Source: an uncultured Gammaproteobacteria bacterium (GTDB lineage: Bacteria > Patescibacteriota > Patescibacteriia > SBBC01 > CAIJZX01). From it: a stretch of 58,764 bases of DNA. The stretch covers positions 1 to 58,764 of the forward strand of contig CAYLHT010000006.1 of the NCBI GenBank assembly GCA_964383765.1, in the 5' to 3' direction. How positions within the stretch are numbered: position 1 is the first letter of the stretch; each line of letters opens with the position of its first letter. The position numbers and the translations under genes are program-made. The notes beneath the pieces were generated by a model, which saw only the letters and a list, made by a program, of their open reading frames with translations, was not told the origin of the DNA and searched no databases. Shown here piece by piece: positions 53,812 to 58,764 of the stretch.

Positions 53812-54144
53812 TCAGGCCCGCGCCGCCGAACCCGAGACCTCCGGCGGGGTCAGGTTCTTGCCCTGGCAGTAGGACGTGACACACTCCTCGATGCCCTGAC
53901 AGATGGATCGCCAGTCGACGACCTGCGTCCTTACGACACGCATCTTGTATCGGTCGACCCACGCGTCCTGGACGCCGTGGATCTTGAAGGATGCGCGGAG
54001 CAAATCGGAACCGCGCACGTCCTTCTCGCTCTTCTCGAGAGAGGATTCCAACAGGGTGACGTCACTCAGCAGAACGTTCGTGTGCAGCCAGGCGCTGGTA
54101 GAATCTCCGGTGGCCTGGTCCCATGCGAACTTGATCTCATTCAT
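53812..54144 (-). CDS. cassette 16: hypothetical protein (110 aa), GC-rich
   Basis: Trimmed to MNEIKFAW..., preceded by GGAGG. TTGACA hexamer at 54263-54268 (minus). Confidence 0.5.
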   Translation of the reverse strand: MNEIKFAWDQATGDSTSAWLHTNVLLSDVTLLESSLEKSEKDVRGSDLLRASFKIHGVQDAWVDRYKMRVVRTQVVDWRSICQGIEECVTSYCQGKNLTPPEVSGSAARA

Positions 54145-54313
54145 CGAAAGAACCTCCAGCGCACAAGGAAGGGGTGGCGCGGGCCCCGTTCTCATGACTG
54201 CCACGAGCACACAGTTGGCCGGGCAGTTGAGAACCTGATACGGTACTCCTAATTAGGCGTGTTGTCAATACCTTGGCGACTGACGCTTATCAAAATTGCT
54301 CAACCCAAACATC

Positions 54314-54413
54314 TCCTAACACGGCGCGTACGAAATGGCTCGGTCGTTCCGGCGGTCAAAAAAGTGTACCGCCCCCACCCTGTTACAAAATCAAATATGC
54401 CGGAACGTTAGAC
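54314..54413 (+). other. attC-like site 16 (terminal, degenerate, class E-related)
   Basis: TCCTAAC-ACGGCG...GCCGG-AAC-GTTAGAC. The inner TTCCGGCGGT..TACCGCC resembles the third hairpin of sites 2 and 11. The 3' core overlaps the tyrS stop codon. Confidence 0.6.
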
Positions 54414-55610
54414 CAACTTCACCTTCGCAAACTTCCGTTTGCCGATTTGAATAATCGCGCCGTCATCCGGTTCAACCTCAGCTTGCCAATCGGTGACTGC
54501 GCGCTTGTCGATTTTGACACCGCCTTGTTCAATGAGGCGCCGCGCTTCGGAGCGGCTGCCAGCTAGGCGGTGACTAACCAGCAAGTTCAACAGTGGGTGC
54601 GGTCCGGATTTGAGTTCAATCACGGGGATTGATGACGGTGTTCCGCGTTTTCGAAAGACCTGCTCAAAGTCATTCGCGGCCGCATCGGCCGCCGCTTGAC
54701 CGTGGTATAGCCGTACAATCTCTTTCGCCAATTTCACTTTGGCGTCGCGTGGGTTCATCGACTTCTTACGCAACTCTTTTTTGAGATCGGCCACGGTCAT
54801 GGCCGGGACGTCCGTGCACAGCTCAAAGTAATGCACGATCAGCTTGTCCGGAATCGACATGGTTTTGCCGAACATGTCAGCCGGCGTATCGTCCAGGGCA
54901 ATGATGTTATTCTCGGTCTTGCTCATTTTCTTCTTGCCGTCGGTGCCGGTCAAGTACGTCATGGTCATGATGTCCTGCGGGTCTTGGTGGTAGCGCGGTT
55001 GGATGTCGCGGCCAGTCAACAGATTGAAGGTTTGATCAACGCCGCCGAGCTCGACGTCGGCCTCAACCGCCACCGAGTCATAGCCTTGCAACAGCGGATA
55101 GCTCAGCTCTTGTAATCCAAGCGGCAAACCGGCGTCCAGGCGTTTCTTAAACGTTTCGTGTGAGAGTAGGTGATTAACGGTGGTTTGGCCGAGGAGTTGG
55201 ACAAAATCTTTGGCGCTGAAACGCGAAAACCACTCGCTATTGTACCGAACTTCGGTTCGACTCAGGTTCAGCACGCGTCCAACTTGGTCGAGGTAGGTGG
55301 CGGAAAATTTCTTGGTCTGCTCATGCGACAGTGCGATTCGAGATTTGTCGCGGCCGCTAGGATCGCCAACTTGGGCAGTGTAGTCACCGATGATCAGCAC
55401 CGCCTGATGTCCGGCATCTTGCCAAGCGCGCAATTTGCGCAGCGTCACCACGTGCCCAAGGTGAAGTTGGTAGCCAGTCGGGTCAATTCCGTGTTTTACT
55501 CGGAGCGGTTTGCGTCGTCGCAGCTTGGCGCGGAGCGATTTCTCCTCAATCACCTGCTCGACCCCCCGGGTCAACAGGTCGTCAATTTCGGGCGTGAGAT
55601 CGGTAGCCAT
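54408..55610 (-). CDS. tyrS: tyrosine--tRNA ligase with C-terminal S4 domain
   Basis: Trimmed to MATDLTPEIDDLL. HIGH-like DPTGYQLHLGHVV, KMSKT motif (KKMSKTE), and S4-like LVSHRLAGSRSEARRLIEQGGVKID. Confidence 0.85.
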   Translation of the reverse strand: MATDLTPEIDDLLTRGVEQVIEEKSLRAKLRRRKPLRVKHGIDPTGYQLHLGHVVTLRKLRAWQDAGHQAVLIIGDYTAQVGDPSGRDKSRIALSHEQTKKFSATYLDQVGRVLNLSRTEVRYNSEWFSRFSAKDFVQLLGQTTVNHLLSHETFKKRLDAGLPLGLQELSYPLLQGYDSVAVEADVELGGVDQTFNLLTGRDIQPRYHQDPQDIMTMTYLTGTDGKKKMSKTENNIIALDDTPADMFGKTMSIPDKLIVHYFELCTDVPAMTVADLKKELRKKSMNPRDAKVKLAKEIVRLYHGQAAADAAANDFEQVFRKRGTPSSIPVIELKSGPHPLLNLLVSHRLAGSRSEARRLIEQGGVKIDKRAVTDWQAEVEPDDGAIIQIGKRKFAKVKLV

Positions 55611-55654
55611 AGGCTTGAAAGTATACCAAAAATGTTGTAGCCTCAACAACGCTT

Positions 55655-58534
55655 ATGGCTTTGTTTCCGTCGCGCCGGTCGCGCCGACGCCCCACCACGA
55701 TTAGTCACCTCAGCCCGGCTGGGCGGCGTTTGCCGGTCAGTCGTTTTCCGGGTTTGGGCTGGCGGCCGGGGGTCCAGTGGCAGCGCCGGCTCGTCCAGGT
55801 GGTCTTAGTGCTGATTGTGATCGGCGTGCTCGGCACCGTTGCGACGGTGGCCTGGGTCTCGCAAGACCTGCCCGACCCGAATAGGCTCAATGCCCGAGTG
55901 ATTGCCCAGAGCACCAAGATTTTTGCGCGGGATGGCACGACGCTCCTCTACGAAATTCACGGTGACCAGCGCCGAACCGTGGTGCAGCTGAACGACATCA
56001 ACCCCGACGTCATCCACGCCGTCTTATCAATTGAAGACAAAGATTTTTACAAGCATTCGGGCATTTCCTTACGCGGCATCATTCGCTCGATTTGGGTCGA
56101 CGTGACACATGGCTCAGCCTCACAGGGAGGTTCAACCATTACCCAACAGCTCGTCAAGAATTCGATTCTGACACCGAAGAAAAGCTTGAGCCGGAAGATC
56201 AAAGAGGTGATTCTGGCCTATCAAATGGAGCAGCGCTTCTCCAAGGACCAGATCATCAAACTCTACTTCAACGAAATTCCCTGGGGCTCGAGCGCCTACG
56301 GCGTCGAGGCGGCCTCCGAAACCTACTTTGGAAAACGCGCGAAAGATCTCGACCTGGCCGAGAGCGCCTTGCTGGCGGCCATGGTCCAACGACCATCGTA
56401 CTACTCGCCGACCGGCAGCCATCGTGATGACTTGGTCGCCCGCCAACACCTCGTGCTCTCGTTGATGGTCGACCAAAAATACATCACCAAAGCCCAGGCT
56501 GACCAAGCCAAGGCGGTCGATATTTTGAAGCGTGTCAGCCCGTATCGCGACCGCGTGATTGCGCCCCACTTTGTCTTTTATGTGCGCGATTTGCTGGTCC
56601 AAAAGTATGGCGACGTCGCGGTTGAGCGCGGCGGGTTGCGGGTGGTCACGACGCTGGATGCCAAGCTCCAGAAGATCGCGGAAGAAGAGGTGGCCGCCGG
56701 GGCAGCCAAGAATGAGTCAAAATATCGAGCCAGTAACGCCGCGCTGGTGGCGACGGATCCAAAAACTGGACAAATTTTAGCCATGGTGGGTTCGCGCGAC
56801 TTTTTTGACACCGACCATGATGGCAATTTTAATGTCGCGACCGCGCTGCGTAACCCGGGCTCATCATTTAAGCCGATCGTGTATTTGACGGCCTTCACCA
56901 AGGGCTATTCCCCTGACACGCTGCTGTTTGATTTAGTGACGGACTTTGGGCCCGATGGTTCGGGCAAAGACTTCATCCCAAAAAACTACGATGGCAAGGA
57001 ACATGGGCCGCTGAAAATGCGTCAAACCCTGGCCGGATCGTTGAATATCCCGGCCGTCAAAACGTTGTACCTGGCCGGATTGCCGAACGTGCTCGACTTG
57101 GCCAATCAACTTGGATACACCACCTTTGATCGCTCCAAGGTTGGGTTGGCCCTGGCGATTGGCGGCGGCGCCGTTAAACTGATCGAGCACGTCGGGGCCT
57201 TTGGCGTGCTGGCAAATGATGGGGTGCGTGAGCCACTCACCCCGATTATTCGGATTGAGGACAATCGCGGCAAAGTCCTCGAGCAATTCAAGAAAAATGA
57301 AGTTCGGGTGGTTGATCAACAGTATGTGCGGCTGGTGAATGGCGTGTTGACGGACAACAACGCGCGCGCTTTCGTCTTTGGGTCGCACAGCCCACTAATT
57401 TTATCGGATCGTCCGGTGGCCGCCAAAACCGGAACCACTAATGACTATAAAGATGGCTGGACCATGGGCTTTACTCCGTCACTGGCGGCTGGGGTGTGGG
57501 TCGGGAATAACGACAACTCGCCGTTTCGGGCTGGGTCGGATGGCGTGGTCGTGGCCGCCCCGATCTGGCACAACTTTATGCAGCGGGCGCTTCAGGGTAA
57601 GCCGGTTGAAAAGTTCCAAAGCCCGCTGCCGGCGACCGAGACTAAGCCCGTCTTACAGGGAAAACTCCAGGCGGAGGTGCCACTGTATGTCGATAGCCTG
57701 ACGGGCCGCCGAATACCAGATAGTTGTGTGGCGAATTGGCCGGCCCAGTATCTGAAGGCGGTCAAAATTAAAGAGGTTCACGATATTTTGTACTACCTGA
57801 ACAAGGACGATCCTAATGGGGGTGCGCCCAGCGATCCGTCCGCCGACCCGATGTTTAGCCGCTGGGAATCTCCGGTCCAGGCCTGGGCCAAGAAAAATCA
57901 CTACCTGGCCACGGCGCCGCCACTGGAGGATTGCAATTTGCGAACCTCGGCCACCGGCCCCTCGATCTCATTCACCAACCCCTTGCCGAATAGCACGGTG
58001 ACCACGACGACTTTACCGGTGTCGGTCACGGTCAGTTCAGACCATGGCGTCAATTCGGTCCAATATAGTATCGACGGAACGGTGCTGGCCACCTCAACCA
58101 GTAGCCCGTTCGACGCCACCCTCGATGTCACGGCGACGGGCAACGGTTTTCACACTCTCCGCGCAACCGCCACCGATGGGGCGGGGGGCGTATCATCAGC
58201 CGAGATTTCGATCAATGTCTTGTCCGATAAAACCGTTCCCACCACCTACTTTATTTCTCCTCAGCCGCACACCACCATCAGCTCCAGCAACTTTCCTCAA
58301 GAAGTTCAGGTCTTCGCGTATGACCCCGATGGCGTGACCAATGTGACGCTGTCTTTGAAAAACCCAGACGGCTCAACCGTGGTGGTCGACACCGCCGATA
58401 AGCCGGCTGACCAGGTCGTCAACCTGTCGTGGTCAACGACGCCGCCGGGTTCCTATCAGCTCTTCATCACGATCAAAAGTAAAAAGGGTCGCACGACCCA
58501 AAGCGATTACCTGGACGTCACGGTGACGTCCTGA
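55655..58534 (+). CDS. class A penicillin-binding protein (transglycosylase + transpeptidase) with two C-terminal Ig-like domains
   Basis: GT51 motifs AVLSIEDKDFYKHSGI and GGSTITQQLVKN. Transpeptidase motifs SSFKP, SLN and KTGTT. The C-terminal beta-rich repeats are Ig-like. Confidence 0.85.
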   Translation: MALFPSRRSRRRPTTISHLSPAGRRLPVSRFPGLGWRPGVQWQRRLVQVVLVLIVIGVLGTVATVAWVSQDLPDPNRLNARVIAQSTKIFARDGTTLLYEIHGDQRRTVVQLNDINPDVIHAVLSIEDKDFYKHSGISLRGIIRSIWVDVTHGSASQGGSTITQQLVKNSILTPKKSLSRKIKEVILAYQMEQRFSKDQIIKLYFNEIPWGSSAYGVEAASETYFGKRAKDLDLAESALLAAMVQRPSYYSPTGSHRDDLVARQHLVLSLMVDQKYITKAQADQAKAVDILKRVSPYRDRVIAPHFVFYVRDLLVQKYGDVAVERGGLRVVTTLDAKLQKIAEEEVAAGAAKNESKYRASNAALVATDPKTGQILAMVGSRDFFDTDHDGNFNVATALRNPGSSFKPIVYLTAFTKGYSPDTLLFDLVTDFGPDGSGKDFIPKNYDGKEHGPLKMRQTLAGSLNIPAVKTLYLAGLPNVLDLANQLGYTTFDRSKVGLALAIGGGAVKLIEHVGAFGVLANDGVREPLTPIIRIEDNRGKVLEQFKKNEVRVVDQQYVRLVNGVLTDNNARAFVFGSHSPLILSDRPVAAKTGTTNDYKDGWTMGFTPSLAAGVWVGNNDNSPFRAGSDGVVVAAPIWHNFMQRALQGKPVEKFQSPLPATETKPVLQGKLQAEVPLYVDSLTGRRIPDSCVANWPAQYLKAVKIKEVHDILYYLNKDDPNGGAPSDPSADPMFSRWESPVQAWAKKNHYLATAPPLEDCNLRTSATGPSISFTNPLPNSTVTTTTLPVSVTVSSDHGVNSVQYSIDGTVLATSTSSPFDATLDVTATGNGFHTLRATATDGAGGVSSAEISINVLSDKTVPTTYFISPQPHTTISSSNFPQEVQVFAYDPDGVTNVTLSLKNPDGSTVVVDTADKPADQVVNLSWSTTPPGSYQLFITIKSKKGRTTQSDYLDVTVTS

Positions 58535-58764
58535 GCCCCGACCTCGTCATCAGCCCGGTCACCGGTTCCTGGCGACGCGGAAATTGTTCGGCCAGGTGGC
58601 GATTAATCTCGGTCAGCAGTTCGGTCTGCTGGTGTTGAATTTGGCCGGCGATGGCGCTGTGGGCGACGCGAATGATGACCTGTCCGCGCTGAAAGCTTTC
58701 GGCCCGAGCCTGGTGATCTGCCCAGTGGCGTTGTAGGGCTTGGTTGGTCGCCGCTACCACCGCC
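58518..58764 (-). CDS. partial ORF (C-terminal part), possibly DUF721/DciA-like
   Basis: The ORF runs off the window end. ...VIIRVAHSAIAGQIQHQQTELLTEINRHL... is reminiscent of DUF721. The assignment is weak. Confidence 0.3.
   Translation of the reverse strand, partial: AVVAATNQALQRHWADHQARAESFQRGQVIIRVAHSAIAGQIQHQQTELLTEINRHLAEQFPRRQEPVTGLMTRSGLRTSP

Larger units (their letters stand above)
34014..54413 (+). mobile_element. integron-like element: recombinase gene, attI-like junction and 16-cassette array
   Basis: 16 sites of form NNNNAAC-A-stem..stem-RRAC-G(T/A)TNNNN. The closing 7-mer of one site is the reverse complement of the opening 7-mer of the next for 12/16 junctions. Cargo is heterogeneous and composition shifts sharply between units. 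Confidence 0.85.

Noticed and set aside
35369-54413. A regularly recurring repeat that could be mistaken for a CRISPR array
   Set aside because: The repeats are 54-139 bp imperfect palindromes of several sequence classes, not short identical direct repeats. The intervening segments are 0.1-3.9 kb and carry genes. No cas genes are present. The core-complementarity pattern fits attC-type sites.

The many short six-frame ORFs that run through attC-like sites and cassette arms are repeat-induced ORFs, not proteins. Examples are 35254..35517, 35339..35521, 36517..36738, 38525..38722, 40201..40548, 40334..40576, 44230..44436, 46433..46633 and 46503..46748. They give recurring peptides only because the DNA repeat recurs, they lack start contexts, and they cross hairpin structures.

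Overview
This window looks like a chromosomal segment from a small-genome bacterium, possibly Patescibacteria/CPR. That placement is a weak inference from gene content: several VirB2/TrbC-like pilin paralogs, a DUF2079-like protein, many GT-C membrane glycosyltransferases and GH57/GlgA glycogen genes. It opens with the 3' end of a 23S rRNA gene and a 5S rRNA gene. Housekeeping and cell-surface genes follow: ArsR, a PAS protein, an EndoQ-like PHP nuclease, tRNA-Ser(CGA), CCA-adding enzyme, GalU, a solute-binding protein, pilin-like proteins, a six-gene minus-strand glycosylation cluster, YebC, RuvC, two GlgA, two GH57, a kinase and a GalT-like protein. The right end carries TyrRS and a class A PBP.

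Two things stand out.

(1) 34014-54413 is an integron-like platform. A tyrosine recombinase gene sits divergent to an array of 16 gene cassettes. The cassettes are separated by imperfect-palindrome sites of the form NNNNAAC-A-stem...stem-RRAC-G(T/A)TNNNN. For 12 of 16 consecutive junctions, the 7-mer that closes one site is the exact reverse complement of the 7-mer that opens the next, which is the classic attC R'/R'' cassette signature. The system departs from textbook integrons in four ways:
- The recombinase seems to lack the IntI-specific insertion.
- Many sites are branched three-helix structures that fall into families with compensatory substitutions.
- Complementarity extends 20-100 bp beyond the core.
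- Three sites carry a complete ORF inside their variable loop.

Cargo is compositionally mosaic. It includes a methyltransferase plus GHKL-ATPase module, a three-gene small-molecule operon, a P-loop/phosphatase pair, and several GC-rich genes that carry their own promoter-like hexamer and Shine-Dalgarno sequence.

(2) Three copies of a roughly 165-170 bp MITE-like element with about 15-bp terminal inverted repeats sit exactly on the start codons of yebC, glgA and a GH57 gene. Each is flanked by a 4-bp ATGN duplication. Removing each element in silico restores the two gene-gene junctions (ruvC/glgA and glgA/GH57) to overlapping stop/start junctions.

All calls come from reading the sequence and ORF translations. 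No database search was possible.
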